Source: Chloroflexota bacterium (GTDB lineage Bacteria; Chloroflexota; Dehalococcoidia; GIF9; AB-539-J10). Taken from it: DNA of 64,000 bases. Under the pieces are notes generated by a model that was not told the DNA's origin, did no database searches, and saw nothing but the letters and a program-made list of their open reading frames with translations. The position numbers were made by a program, and so were the translations under genes. Below, one piece after another: positions 1 to 10,065 of this stretch. The stretch lies in assembly GCA_037444365.1 (NCBI GenBank), contig JBBIMO010000006.1, positions 167-64,166 of the forward strand, in the 5' to 3' direction. The stretch's first letter is position 1, and each line of letters begins with the position of its first letter.

Positions 1-2
1 AC

Positions 3-1439
3 GGCAAGTGCGTCAAGGTCTTCAGCGGCTACACGGACGAAGAGCTGGTTGAAGACTGCGATGACAAAGACGGCTGGGTTGACACTGGCAAAACCCGATG
101 GGTAGATGACACACCCTGCACCGAGAAGGAGCAGAAGGAGCAGGAATACCGGGACTACTTCTGCGATGCCGATGAGGGCTGTGACTACGATATTGACGAC
201 ACCCGGTGGGTGGATACCGGCAATACCAGAGGATTGGAACCAGTGGCAAATGCCGGCCCTAATAGGACAATTAACTCAGGTGAGTCTATTGAGTTGGATG
301 GCTCTGCGTCCTATATAGAGGAGTGTGGGGATATCGAAGGTCATATAGAGTACCAATGGAGGATAAAGGGTGGAGCAGTGATACAGGCTTGGTCGGCTGA
401 TCCAACAGTATTCGTCTCTCCCACAGTGACTACGACCTATACCCTGGAGGTCCGCTGCTCTGCACTACCGGTTTGCACCGACAACGACGATGTGGTAGTA
501 ACGGTTCGAATTCCAGTTACACCTGCCGGTGGAGGCACCGCCGTTAGTTGCCCTACGTCCAGATATCTCACGGTGGACTGGGAAGGATGTAACACCAGCA
601 GGCCACTCTACAGCAACAACAAGCTAGCAGTTGACCTCCTCGGACCCAGTCCTGATAACAGCCACAACTTATTCCTGGAGCGGGGAACTCGGGCACCCAT
701 TGTTGGTCAAAAAGTACACTATGTGATATTTGTTAGAGAGCTTGAGAACATACCAGCTACTCCCGAGAACACTGTGGCACTGATAGTCTTCAACATAACT
801 CCCGAGGATGCTGTTTTCGACAGGGATATTCTCCTCACACTGGGTCTGGACGAATCACAATTGCCAGCGAATGCTCTAGATGTAACCATGGCCTACTATA
901 ACGATGTTGACGGACGCTGGGAGGAAATGGAATTCGAAGCAGGAGGGCCAAGCGGAGTGGCAGAGCTAACTCTTTCTGCGCCAATAAGGCACTTCAGTAT
1001 CTATGGCATACTGGCCGAGCTTGCCCCGCCGCCTCCACTACCACCTGCCACCTTTATGCCCAGTGCCTTGAACATAGAGCCCAGCGTGGAAAAGACTATC
1101 TTCATGACCAGGACCGGGCAGAGTGTTACCATCTCCGTAAATGTAGCCAACACCGGTGGGCAGTCAGGCAGTTATGCTGTTGTGCTAAAGCTAAATGGAG
1201 AGACAGTAGATACCAGGACGGTGACCCTGAGCCCCGGACAAAGCCAGCGCGTCAGCTTCACCCCGTCCGGGTTAGATTACGGACAGTATGAGGTGGAGGT
1301 AGCAGGGTTGACTGGCCAGTTCACAGCGTCACGCACCATCACCTGGTGGCTTATCATCCTCATAATAGCCGCGGTTGGGTTGATTATCTGGGGAGTGGTC
1401 TGGAGCAGAAGACGTGGCAAAGCGCGGCAAGAGACATAG
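3..1439 (+). CDS. Cell-surface protein, 5' partial (frame open to the window edge); PKD-like repeat, CARDB-like domain, C-terminal TM anchor
   Basis: The frame of the 210..1439 ORF stays open back to nt 3. It has 'PVANAGPNRTINSGESIELDGSAS' (PKD-like) and 'SVTISVNVANTGGQSGSYAVVLKLNGETV' (CARDB-like). The C-terminal hydrophobic helix 'WWLIILIIAAVGLIIWGVVW' is followed by the basic tail RRRGKARQ. Confidence 0.6.
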   Translation, partial: GKCVKVFSGYTDEELVEDCDDKDGWVDTGKTRWVDDTPCTEKEQKEQEYRDYFCDADEGCDYDIDDTRWVDTGNTRGLEPVANAGPNRTINSGESIELDGSASYIEECGDIEGHIEYQWRIKGGAVIQAWSADPTVFVSPTVTTTYTLEVRCSALPVCTDNDDVVVTVRIPVTPAGGGTAVSCPTSRYLTVDWEGCNTSRPLYSNNKLAVDLLGPSPDNSHNLFLERGTRAPIVGQKVHYVIFVRELENIPATPENTVALIVFNITPEDAVFDRDILLTLGLDESQLPANALDVTMAYYNDVDGRWEEMEFEAGGPSGVAELTLSAPIRHFSIYGILAELAPPPPLPPATFMPSALNIEPSVEKTIFMTRTGQSVTISVNVANTGGQSGSYAVVLKLNGETVDTRTVTLSPGQSQRVSFTPSGLDYGQYEVEVAGLTGQFTASRTITWWLIILIIAAVGLIIWGVVWSRRRGKARQET

Positions 1440-1452
1440 AGAGATAAATGGG

Positions 1453-1482
1453 GGATAACCGAGCCTGAGGGCTCGGTTATCC
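1453..1482 (+). terminator. Perfect 13-bp stem / 4-nt loop hairpin just after the surface-protein stop
   Basis: GGATAACCGAGCC-TGAG-GGCTCGGTTATCC lies 14 nt after the stop at 1439. There is no clear T-tract after it. Confidence 0.45.
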
Positions 1483-1899
1483 TGTCCCTCTAACGATCAG
1501 CTCATAGTTCTCCCTCCATAACGCGAGGGAGCCAGAAAAACGGGCAAGTCAGGAGAAGTCAACCTCACCTCAGCCTTCTCTGTTCGAGGGAGAAGGGATT
1601 GGAGAATCGCCAGCGCATTGCTACGCCCCTGTTTATCCAAGTGTGGCATCCCCGCCTCAAGCACACCGCTATCAGCATTAAGTAACCCATTGAAAACAAT
1701 CAAAGACAGTGAAGTGAAAACCAGGCATCATAGGAGATAAGCCTACACAAATCCCCGAAAAGTACCGGGAAAGTGAGGGATTTTTCCGTTTCCGGCGACT
1801 TCAGATATGACGAAAGTACTAGTTAATCAGTTTTCTTAGTCGATGAGGAAGACCCTCGCTAGAGGCTGTATAACTAGTAAAGAGAAAAAGGTAACAGAT

Positions 1900-2394
1900 A
1901 TGAGGCGCACATTGATTCTCGTCATTCTTGTCTCGTTGGGGGCTTTACCAGCATTTTTGTCAGGATGTACGTCGGTTATAGCTCAGACCAGAGAGCCTTA
2001 TACCTATGCTTCTGAAACTTACAACGCTTCCAGAGTTTCGCCGGCAACTGAGCAGGAAGTTCTGAGTTTTCTTGTCCAGGACCTCACAGACAGGAATCTG
2101 TGGATAAAGGGGGTTTATGAGTGTGGACATTTCTCCGCTGATCTCTGGTGGAATGCTTATATGCAGGGGCTGGAGGCCTGTATGGTATGGGTGAAACACT
2201 GGAAGCAGGGTGCAGAACAGGTTCACTGGTTGGTTAAGTTTCACATCAGAGCCGAAAACCAAAACTACTGGCTCTGGGTAGAGCCGTCAAACGATGAAGT
2301 TGTTAACGAAGGCGACTACACAATCCAGGATGCCTTTTGTGGCGCGGAAGCTGTGAGACTTTGCAGGACCTGGTGGGCAGCAAGCTCTAGCTAG
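1900..2394 (+). CDS. Hypothetical lipoprotein
   Basis: The internal ATG at 1900 gives 'MRRTLILVILVSLGALPAFLSGCTS', a signal peptide with the lipobox L-S-G-C. No catalytic family was recognised. Confidence 0.5.
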   Translation: MRRTLILVILVSLGALPAFLSGCTSVIAQTREPYTYASETYNASRVSPATEQEVLSFLVQDLTDRNLWIKGVYECGHFSADLWWNAYMQGLEACMVWVKHWKQGAEQVHWLVKFHIRAENQNYWLWVEPSNDEVVNEGDYTIQDAFCGAEAVRLCRTWWAASSS

Positions 2395-2406
2395 AGCCAG
2401 GATTCC

Positions 2407-2892
2407 CTAGTCCCCTTCTTCCTCAATAGCCTCAAACAGCTTCTCTTCACTGTTCAGATGGTCAATGTAGAGAATGCCGTCGAGATGCTCGATTTCCTGT
2501 TCCAGAGCCTGAGCCAGAAGCCCCTCTGCTTTGAGCCGAAATACCTTCCCATGGCGGTCTTTGGCCCTGACTTTCACCGTCACCGCCCTTTCTATCTCAC
2601 CGAAGTAGCCAGGTATGGATAGACAGCCTTCCCGGACTATTCGCTCGCCCTCTTTCTTTACTATTTCAGGATTGATTAGAGTGATGAGTTCCTGCTCCGG
2701 TAGCTCGATGACTGCTATGCGGAGCAACACTCCCACCTGCGGAGCAGCCAGACCGGCTCTATTGGGTTCCGCACGCAGTGTATCAATCATGTCATCGATC
2801 AACTTCCACACGGAGTTGTCAATCCTGGTTACCTTCTTAGCTTTTTGCCGCAACACAGGGTCGGGCAAAGTGCGAATCTTCAAAACTGCCAT
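2407..2892 (-). CDS. def: Peptide deformylase
   Basis: All three PDF motifs are present: 'GLAAPQVG', 'EGCLSIPG' and 'EIEHLDG'. Length is 161 aa. Confidence 0.9.
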   Translation of the reverse strand: MAVLKIRTLPDPVLRQKAKKVTRIDNSVWKLIDDMIDTLRAEPNRAGLAAPQVGVLLRIAVIELPEQELITLINPEIVKKEGERIVREGCLSIPGYFGEIERAVTVKVRAKDRHGKVFRLKAEGLLAQALEQEIEHLDGILYIDHLNSEEKLFEAIEEEGD

Positions 2893-3045
2893 GCTTCTTC
2901 TGAAAACACACCGGGCTACTATGCCATACCGATTATATCATTGCCTGCTAACTGAAATCACACCGTCTATCCGAAAAAAACAATTGACCCTGGTTGCAGA
3001 TGGGATGTAAAATCAGCCGAAAGCAGTCTGTCAGAAGGGAGATAA

Positions 3046-3834
3046 ATGGCAAATCAAGATGCTGTTCGACTGGATGTCGAAGGTAACATCGCGACGGTGC
3101 TACTGAACCGACCGAAAGCACTAAACGCCTTTAATCACGACGTCTTACTGGGCCTTCAACAAACGGCGCAGGCCATAAAAGAAGACCCTGCGATCAGAGT
3201 TGCCATCCTGACTGGTGCCGGTGACAAGGCATTTAGCGCCGGACTGGACTTGAAGATGGTAGCCTCCGGCACTGGCCCAATGGACATCTTCCCCCGCTAT
3301 CGACAGGGCTATGATTCCCTTTACGGACTGAAGATGATATTGACCATGTATGAAGAGCTAGCCGTACCGGTGATAGCTGCCATAAACGGATACTGCCTGG
3401 GGGCAGCCTTCGAGCTCATTCTTTGCTGCGACATACGTTTGGCTTGTGATACTGCCGTGTTCGGGCTTCCTGAGATCCAGCTAGGAGTCATCCCGGACCT
3501 GGGCAGCACACAGCGGTTACCCCGAATAGTGGGACCGGGCATCGCCAAGGAATTGATTATTACCGGACGGAGAATTGACGCTGCCGAAGCTCTCCGGGTC
3601 AGGCTGGTAGACCACATGTACCCCAAGGACCAGCTATTGATTGAAGCTAAGAAGCTCGCCCAGGAGATAGCCAGAATTAACCCTTACCTTGTCCAGGGCG
3701 CCAAAAGGGCAGTCAATATTGCGGCTTCAACGCCCCTGGACATAGGGCTCCGCATGGAGACCGATATATGCCTCAGCTCAGGCAGTGGCGCCGGGATGGG
3801 TCAGGCCGCCCAGGACTTCATGAAGAAGGAATAG
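3046..3834 (+). CDS. Enoyl-CoA hydratase/isomerase (crotonase) family protein
   Basis: 'RPKALNAF', '[12 protein letters not shown]' and '[19 protein letters not shown]' are typical crotonase-fold oxyanion-hole segments. A GGGAGA RBS precedes the ATG. Confidence 0.85.
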   Translation: MANQDAVRLDVEGNIATVLLNRPKALNAFNHDVLLGLQQTAQAIKEDPAIRVAILTGAGDKAFSAGLDLKMVASGTGPMDIFPRYRQGYDSLYGLKMILTMYEELAVPVIAAINGYCLGAAFELILCCDIRLACDTAVFGLPEIQLGVIPDLGSTQRLPRIVGPGIAKELIITGRRIDAAEALRVRLVDHMYPKDQLLIEAKKLAQEIARINPYLVQGAKRAVNIAASTPLDIGLRMETDICLSSGSGAGMGQAAQDFMKKE

Positions 3835-3849
3835 CCTCAACACGCCTCG

Positions 3850-4170
3850 GGAGCTGGGAGCTGGCACAAGCGGCCGCCTGCTTACGCAGATATGAGAGAA
3901 TCAGAGCCTGGCCTATGATATTCACACTTGCACCAAGCACTTCCTTGAGTCAGGGTCATCTCTAGTTCATGCCGGCGTCGCCCCAGAGAAGCCGGAAATA
4001 GCTCTGGCGACAGTCCTCCGACAGCTATCTCGAATCAGACAGGGCACTACGGCACCGATTGACCACGAAGACAGTCTATAGCGGCATAGGAGACGACCTA
4101 AGATGCTTGCCCAAATAGAAGATTGCCAACAAGCTGGGCTTTCCACCGGGTTGAGACACAGTGTAGTAAA
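3850..4170 (+). pseudogene. Decayed 3' fragment of an M16 peptidase paralogue
   Basis: The nucleotides are collinear with about 11270-11560 of the intact M16 gene, for example 'gagaatcagagcctggcctatgatattcacactt' vs 'gagaatcgaggcctggcctatgacatccacactt'. In the parental frame there is a TGA at 3893-3895 (CGA in the intact copy) and a TAG at 4079-4081. Confidence 0.6.
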
Positions 4171-4215
4171 CACTCCCGCCTTGCACTCTATTCCCCAAGC
4201 CGCTCGCCGAAGATG

Positions 4216-5076
4216 TTAGAGCATCACCGTTAAGAGCCTGTGCAATTCGATAAGAGCCCAGGCATTCTGCTCCAGGTCGAAGCTATCCACGGCTGCCCGT
4301 CTCTGGCCGGAGACCCCATCCACAGCACCCCTAGCTACTATTTCCTTGATTATTTCCTTCTCCCACTCCACCGAGGGTAACAGATTGCATCCGGCCAGCC
4401 GGGACAGTGCAGCCACCAGCCCGTATCCTCCCCAGTTGGAAACGCTGGCAATAACCAGCTTATTGACCGGAGTAAGGGCGGGGTCCTTAGGCAAGGTCTC
4501 CACTGCCGGTATGTATTCAGCCAAATTGCCCATGCCAATCTCGTTGCCCCCATCCCCTATGCCCAGAGTCTTCTTCTGGCCCAAAAAGAGGTAATCAATC
4601 TTAGCCGTGTACTCACTTATGTCTTCGCCCACCATGCTCAGATACTTTCGGCTGCCGTTAAGCCCACACCTCTCCACGGAAATCATGAGAGAGGGTTGAA
4701 TTTCGGCTAGGATAAGTTGGGCAAACCGCTTGCTGGAATTGTGATCGGTTATGGGAAAACTGATTACCCTGTCCTTTCCCACGATATCACTGGGAAAGAG
4801 AGGCATCGTGTATTTATCGGTAACATAGATGACATCGAACCCAAGTGCATGCAGGGCCCGGCCGATGGCCAGGGCCCCCGGGGGGCCATCAGTCTCTGGA
4901 GCACCCGCACTGAGGATGTAGAAACCAGTAGCGATTATGGCCGGCCTCTGGCTCCGTTTCCTCCTCTCAAGAACGAAGCCAGCCGCCTCGTGACAAAAGT
5001 CGGCAGGCAGATAATCCCTCAGCGCTGACATACCCCTGCGATCATGGCTCAGGATTATCTCTTCAACTGACATCAC
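4216..5076 (-). CDS. DUF4392-family protein (D-glutamate cyclase-like C-terminal domain)
   Basis: 286 aa with 'IIATGFYILSAGAPETDGPPGALAIGRAL', which I recognise as the DUF4392 signature. It is the last gene of the pxp-containing minus-strand array. Confidence 0.55.
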   Translation of the reverse strand: MMSVEEIILSHDRRGMSALRDYLPADFCHEAAGFVLERRKRSQRPAIIATGFYILSAGAPETDGPPGALAIGRALHALGFDVIYVTDKYTMPLFPSDIVGKDRVISFPITDHNSSKRFAQLILAEIQPSLMISVERCGLNGSRKYLSMVGEDISEYTAKIDYLFLGQKKTLGIGDGGNEIGMGNLAEYIPAVETLPKDPALTPVNKLVIASVSNWGGYGLVAALSRLAGCNLLPSVEWEKEIIKEIVARGAVDGVSGQRRAAVDSFDLEQNAWALIELHRLLTVML

Positions 5077-5157
5077 TACTTACCCATGGAACACTTCGTT
5101 TCTTCCCGGAGTTCAGGATGTAACCACTGGCGCTTCCGAGATACTAACCAGGTCGCT

Positions 5158-6108
5158 CTAATGGTCTTGACTGAGGTATTCCCTGACAGCGTCGATGGTC
5201 TGTTCATATCGTCTCAGCAATTGATAGGCTTCCTCTTCCGTAACCTGTAGGAACCTCACCCTGGCTCCCATCTCAGCCTGAGCTAATTTGGGCAAGTCAA
5301 CTGAGCTCACCGTAGCTATCTTGGCATACCCGCCAGTGGTCTGACGGTCGGCTAGAAGAATGATGGGCAAGCCATCTCCCGGCACCTGTACTGCTCCCGG
5401 AGGGATACCATCTGATACAATATCTGCCACCGCCCTGTGCTCTATCGGTGATCCCTCGAGACGACAGCCCATGCGGTCGGTCTGAGCTGAAATCACATAT
5501 TCCGAGTGCAGAAATGTTTGGATGCCTCGCTCAGTGAAGTAATCATCCTGGGGGCCGAGGATTACTCTCAATTCATTCTCGACCTGATACTCCGGAAGAT
5601 ACTCCGGTGGCACTTTCCTCACGGAGATTCTCTGCCGGGCTTTTCCACTGTGCAGGCGGTCACCGGAGCGTAACGCCCTCCCCTCTAGGCCACCCAAGTG
5701 TGATCTGATATAGGTCGATCGACTCCCCATGACTTTGCACACGTCTATCCCGCCAGCTACAGCCAGATAGCTTCGACAACCCCGTCTGGGGCGGCCAAAT
5801 GAGATAACGTCGCCAGAACAAACCTTAACTGCCTCCCACATGGGCAAAGGGCTGTTGTTCAAAGCCAGGCTGAGGTCAGCTCCGGTAACGGCCACTGCTG
5901 TGTCACTAAGGACCTGCAAGCGAGGGCCCAGCGCCGTTATCTCCAGGCAAGCGTGTCTCTCGTCATTGCCTACCAGCAGATTAGCTAAGAGCAAAGCGTA
6001 GCTATCCATTGCTCCAGAGACAGGCACCCCATACTGCTGATAACCATACCGTCCCTTGTCCTGAATGGTGGTCAATAAGCCGGGTTGAATGACCTCAAAT
6101 ACCTCCAT
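5158..6108 (-). CDS. pxpC: 5-oxoprolinase subunit C (KipA / allophanate hydrolase subunit 2 family)
   Basis: 'PGLLTTIQDKGRYGYQQYGVPVSGAMD' and 'DRQTTGGYAKIATV' are typical of the family. I chose the start at M7, which has a GAGGGG RBS and sits 2 nt after the pxpB stop. Confidence 0.8.
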   Translation of the reverse strand: MEVFEVIQPGLLTTIQDKGRYGYQQYGVPVSGAMDSYALLLANLLVGNDERHACLEITALGPRLQVLSDTAVAVTGADLSLALNNSPLPMWEAVKVCSGDVISFGRPRRGCRSYLAVAGGIDVCKVMGSRSTYIRSHLGGLEGRALRSGDRLHSGKARQRISVRKVPPEYLPEYQVENELRVILGPQDDYFTERGIQTFLHSEYVISAQTDRMGCRLEGSPIEHRAVADIVSDGIPPGAVQVPGDGLPIILLADRQTTGGYAKIATVSSVDLPKLAQAEMGARVRFLQVTEEEAYQLLRRYEQTIDAVREYLSQDH

Positions 6109-6110
6109 TC

Positions 6111-6851
6111 TCACGCCCCTCTGCAAAGCGGAGTCTCTTTCACTCGATAGGTCCCTTGCTCCACTTCCTCCCTTATCCGGTTGAATTCCTGAACAGTTAT
6201 CTCGACAAATTTCACGTAGTTACCCATCTCTAGCAAGGCCGGCGGGGTTTTCTTAGGGTCGAACAACTCTATGGGAGTCCTGCCGATAAGGCGCCATCCC
6301 CCGGGACTCTCCGCCGGGTATATTCCGGTCTGGTTCCCAGCTATTCCCACCGACCCTGCCGGTATCTTCGATCGTGGCGTTGATAACCTAGGGGTTGCTA
6401 TACGTGGACACATCCCCCCCAGATAGGCAAAGCCAGGGATGAACCCTAGCATATGAATCAGGTAAGCTCTACCGGCATGAAGACGAATCACCTCCTCAGG
6501 AGATAGACCATTATGCTTGGCCACATATTCCAGGTCACAGCCGTTTTCGCCCCCGTAGACTGTGGGCACCTCCGTAACCTTTGACTCGAGATGTTCACCA
6601 CCCTCCGTCTTCTGTGCCAGCACTTCCAGCTTGGTTCTCATCTCTCCGGGGCTTGTCTGACGCGCATCATAGTAAACAAGCAATGACCGATAGGTAGGAA
6701 CAGTTTCAACCAGCTCTGGTAGTCTGGCCTCTTGTATGGCGACCAGCAGCCGCCTGACCCGGAGGTTTAGCTCCGGGTTAATCGTGTCCCCAAACTCGAC
6801 GAAGAGCGCAGTGTCTCCGCCTGGCAGAATTCGTGGTTTCTCATAGATCAT
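6111..6851 (-). CDS. pxpB: 5-oxoprolinase subunit B (KipI / allophanate hydrolase subunit 1 family)
   Basis: 'GDTALFVEFGD', 'VPTYRSLLVYYD' and 'GFIPGFAYLGG...AGSVGIAGNQTGIYP' are family motifs. Confidence 0.8.
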   Translation of the reverse strand: MIYEKPRILPGGDTALFVEFGDTINPELNLRVRRLLVAIQEARLPELVETVPTYRSLLVYYDARQTSPGEMRTKLEVLAQKTEGGEHLESKVTEVPTVYGGENGCDLEYVAKHNGLSPEEVIRLHAGRAYLIHMLGFIPGFAYLGGMCPRIATPRLSTPRSKIPAGSVGIAGNQTGIYPAESPGGWRLIGRTPIELFDPKKTPPALLEMGNYVKFVEITVQEFNRIREEVEQGTYRVKETPLCRGA

Positions 6852-6879
6852 CGCCTGGCTTCTCCCGGTTTGATCGGGA

Positions 6880-7647
6880 CTACTTACAAAAGGCGCTCAT
6901 TGGCACTATGGCCACGCCCGCTGCTTCCAGCCTCTGCCGCAGTGTTCGCGCCAAGACTGCCGCTCCCCGAGTATCACCGTGCAGACAGATAGTCTCTGCT
7001 CTCATCTCCACCGCCTGGCCATTGACGGCTATTACTTTTCCTTCCGTGACAATCCCCAGAACTCTGGTTATGACCTGTTCAACATCGCAAATCACCGCTC
7101 CGGGATGCCGGCGGGGAACGAGAGTACCATCAGGGTTCACTGCCCGGTCGGCAAAGGCTTCGCAGGCCACCCTCAGCCCAAGCTCACGACCTGCCTTCAT
7201 CAAGGCGGAGCCCGCCAGTCCCACCAGAATCAGGTCAGGATCTACCTGTCTGACCGCTTCGGCAATCGCTCTGGCCAGTTCCATATTGCTGACCACCATG
7301 TTGTACAAAGCTCCATGAGGTTTGACGTGCTGAAGTTTCTTTGTCTTGGTAAATGCCTGGAGGGCGCCAATCTGATACATAACGTAATCTCTGGCCTCGT
7401 CAGGGCTTATCATCATTTCTCTCCGTCCGAAGCCCATAAGGTCAGGGAGGCCAGGATGAGCTCCGATGCCCACACCAGCTGCCTCAGCCAAACGCACCGT
7501 CCGTCCCATATACGTGGGGTCGCCTGCATGAAATCCGCAGGCAATGTTAGCCGATGAGATATGCGACATTATGTCTCCATCAAATCCCAGCTCATAAGTC
7601 CCAAAGCCTTCTCCCATATCGCAGTTCAGATCCACTTTCCTTCTCAT
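6880..7647 (-). CDS. pxpA: 5-oxoprolinase subunit A (LamB/YcsF family)
   Basis: The N-terminus 'VDLNCDMGEGFG', plus 'ANIACGFHAGDP' and 'VKPHGALYN', are LamB/YcsF hallmarks. Confidence 0.85.
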   Translation of the reverse strand: MRRKVDLNCDMGEGFGTYELGFDGDIMSHISSANIACGFHAGDPTYMGRTVRLAEAAGVGIGAHPGLPDLMGFGRREMMISPDEARDYVMYQIGALQAFTKTKKLQHVKPHGALYNMVVSNMELARAIAEAVRQVDPDLILVGLAGSALMKAGRELGLRVACEAFADRAVNPDGTLVPRRHPGAVICDVEQVITRVLGIVTEGKVIAVNGQAVEMRAETICLHGDTRGAAVLARTLRQRLEAAGVAIVPMSAFCK

Positions 7648-7710
7648 CAGATTCCTCCATTAAGAGACAGGCACCAAAACTCGGTATCACGGTTCCGCAT
7701 GGCTCGCCCG

Positions 7711-8490
7711 TCATAAAGCAGCCAGCTCTTCATCCAAAACATCGGTAATGAACATGTGCCCCGGTGAGTGCGTTATCATCAGCGGCAGTTTGGATCTCAA
7801 CGCCACGACCTGAGACGTAACACCACACGCCCAGAACACAGGCACTTCATCTTCCTTGATTTCGACGTAGTCCCCATAATCTGGATGCTCCATATCCCTA
7901 ATACCTATCTTCTCGGGATTGCCTATGTGCAGGGGAGCTCCGTGTGCCATACGAAACCGCGACGTTATCTGAACGGACCTCACCACTAATGATTCATGGA
8001 TGGGCCTCATGCTCACGACAACGGGTCCAGAGAACATACCCGCTGGCTTGGCCTCAATGTCGCTCACGTACATCGCCACATTCTTGCCCTCCTCGATATG
8101 CCGCAAACGTATCCCAGCTCTTATCAAGGCTGACTCGAAAGTAAAACTGCAGCCAAGTAGAAAACATACCAGATCATCATTCCAGTAGCCAGTGACATCT
8201 CTCTCCTCTGCCACAAGCTTGCCATCTCGGTAAACTCTATACAGGGGTATGTCCACCCTGAGGTCGGCCCCTGGAGCCGTTAGATCAGGTTCGTATTTCC
8301 CGGGTTCCACCACTTCAAGAACCGGGCAAGCTCTAGGGTTACGCTGGCAGAAGAGAAAGAAGTTAAAGGCCACGTCCTTAGGCAATATCACCAAATTGGC
8401 CTGGGCATAGCCCGGGGCTAGGCCTGCCGTGGGCCGCACCAGCTCGCCCCTCCGGATGAGCGCCCTTACTTCTCTAGGACCTCCATACAT
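7711..8490 (-). CDS. DUF1445 / UPF0317 putative hydro-lyase (D-glutamate cyclase-like catalytic domain; YcsI-like)
   Basis: 'TAGLAPGYAQANLVILPKDVAFNFFLFCQRNPRACPVLEV' is the DUF1445 signature as I recall it. It is the first gene of the array upstream of pxpA, as with ycsI in B. subtilis. Confidence 0.7.
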   Translation of the reverse strand: MYGGPREVRALIRRGELVRPTAGLAPGYAQANLVILPKDVAFNFFLFCQRNPRACPVLEVVEPGKYEPDLTAPGADLRVDIPLYRVYRDGKLVAEERDVTGYWNDDLVCFLLGCSFTFESALIRAGIRLRHIEEGKNVAMYVSDIEAKPAGMFSGPVVVSMRPIHESLVVRSVQITSRFRMAHGAPLHIGNPEKIGIRDMEHPDYGDYVEIKEDEVPVFWACGVTSQVVALRSKLPLMITHSPGHMFITDVLDEELAAL

Positions 8491-8739
8491 AAGGACAGCC
8501 AGAGTTCACAGCCTCCCCCCATCTCCCTACCACTTCATCCTACCACCGCTATGATACTACACCCTACCTTTGTCAACAATAGGACAGGCTAACCATCACG
8601 ACTAGCCGGGGCAGAAGACACCGGGAAAGATGGCCGTCGTCAACCTCGGTGACACCTCCGAGCCTGTATCGTGCAACTGCCAGTAAGCTTGGAGAGCAAA
8701 CCCAACACTGGTTACATCGTGTCCCTTCCCACAAACTAT

Positions 8740-10065
8740 CTACATCCCCGCGGGCAATTCCCCAATAGCATTGTCAGCCTCGGCATCACCTATGGCCTTG
8801 ACCAGAGCCTCGACCGTCCTGTCAATGTCCTTTCTGGTATGAGCCACTGACAGTATGAACATTCTCCCCTGGTGCGTGTGGATCCCACGATGAAGAAGGT
8901 ACACACCCAGTTTGTGTTTCTCCTCGCTCCCAGCTAGCATCTTCTTCATGTCTGTAGTAGGTGGGTTCCCAGCACCATCTACCTCAAAGTCAATCGGACC
9001 GAAGTATATGTGGATGATAGATCGGCCATAAAGACGCCAGTTATAGCCGCATTCGCGTAGCGCCCTGTTGCCCGTCTGTCGCATATAAGCCCCTATTTCA
9101 TTGACCTGCTTCTGAACCGAACCGTCCTTGAGGAGTTTGCAGGCAGCGATACCGGCAGCACATACGATAGGCATCGCATTCCAGGTTCCCGAATGATGGA
9201 CCCACCTTTCAGCATGAGGTCTAGGTTCCAACATACCCATGACGTCGGACCGCCCGGTCAAGACCCCGGCCGGCATTCCCCCCGCCACACACTTACCAAA
9301 GGTAGTCAAATCCGGCCTTAACCCCATCAGCCCACCCCACCCGCTAGGCCCATCACGAAAGCCGGTAACCACCTCGTCTAGAAGCCAAATGGTGCCATAC
9401 TTTCTGGCCATGGGCCCCACGGCACGGATGAAGTCAGGTTCCCACGGGATCTGGCCGCCCATGCGGGCACCACCACCCTCGGTGAGGACTATGGCATATT
9501 GCTCCGTGCCCAACTCCTCTTCCAGCCTCTTGAGGTCATGCATCGGTACTACACTGACCTCTGAGTTAACTACGCCCGGCCCACCAGAGGCTACCAATTC
9601 CTCAGCCCAGCCATGGAAGTTCTCTTCGAACTTGAGGATTCCTCTCCTACGGGTGAAAGCCCGGGCAATCCTCAGCCCCATCATGTTAGCTTCCTGCCCA
9701 CACGCGAAAAACTCGACCCTCTCTGCAGTTGGTACCATGCTCTTTATCAATTCCGCCCACTCGATTTCCAGCTCGTGCGAGGCACTATAGAGAATCCCTC
9801 TGGTCAGCTGGTCCTGCATCGCCTTAACTATGGCTGGGTGGCCGTGGCCCAGTATCAGGGCACCATGCCCATTTCTATACTCAATATATTCGCGGCCATC
9901 TACATCCCAGATCCTGGAGCCCTGGGCATGAGTCATGTAAGGACCAAAGGGATTCCACATACGGCCGACGTGGGTAACTCCCCTGGCAGCAAAATGCTTC
10001 AGCGCCCTTTCGTGTAACTGCTTTGATTTGGGATGTGATTTGACGAATTCGTCGATGACACTCAT
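8740..10065 (-). CDS. Class-III (GSA-aminomutase-like) PLP-dependent aminotransferase
   Basis: 'DVDGREYIEY..GHGALILGH', 'LLDEVVTGFR' and the PLP-lysine segment 'TTFGKCVAGGMP' fit the family. I chose the start at the internal ATG preceded by GGAGGGTG. Confidence 0.8.
   Translation of the reverse strand: MSVIDEFVKSHPKSKQLHERALKHFAARGVTHVGRMWNPFGPYMTHAQGSRIWDVDGREYIEYRNGHGALILGHGHPAIVKAMQDQLTRGILYSASHELEIEWAELIKSMVPTAERVEFFACGQEANMMGLRIARAFTRRRGILKFEENFHGWAEELVASGGPGVVNSEVSVVPMHDLKRLEEELGTEQYAIVLTEGGGARMGGQIPWEPDFIRAVGPMARKYGTIWLLDEVVTGFRDGPSGWGGLMGLRPDLTTFGKCVAGGMPAGVLTGRSDVMGMLEPRPHAERWVHHSGTWNAMPIVCAAGIAACKLLKDGSVQKQVNEIGAYMRQTGNRALRECGYNWRLYGRSIIHIYFGPIDFEVDGAGNPPTTDMKKMLAGSEEKHKLGVYLLHRGIHTHQGRMFILSVAHTRKDIDRTVEALVKAIGDAEADNAIGELPAGM

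Noticed and set aside
1497-1703. 68-aa minus-strand ORF in the gap between the surface protein and the lipoprotein gene.
   Set aside because: It has no RBS and no motif, and it begins inside the region just after the terminator-like hairpin. It is probably non-coding.
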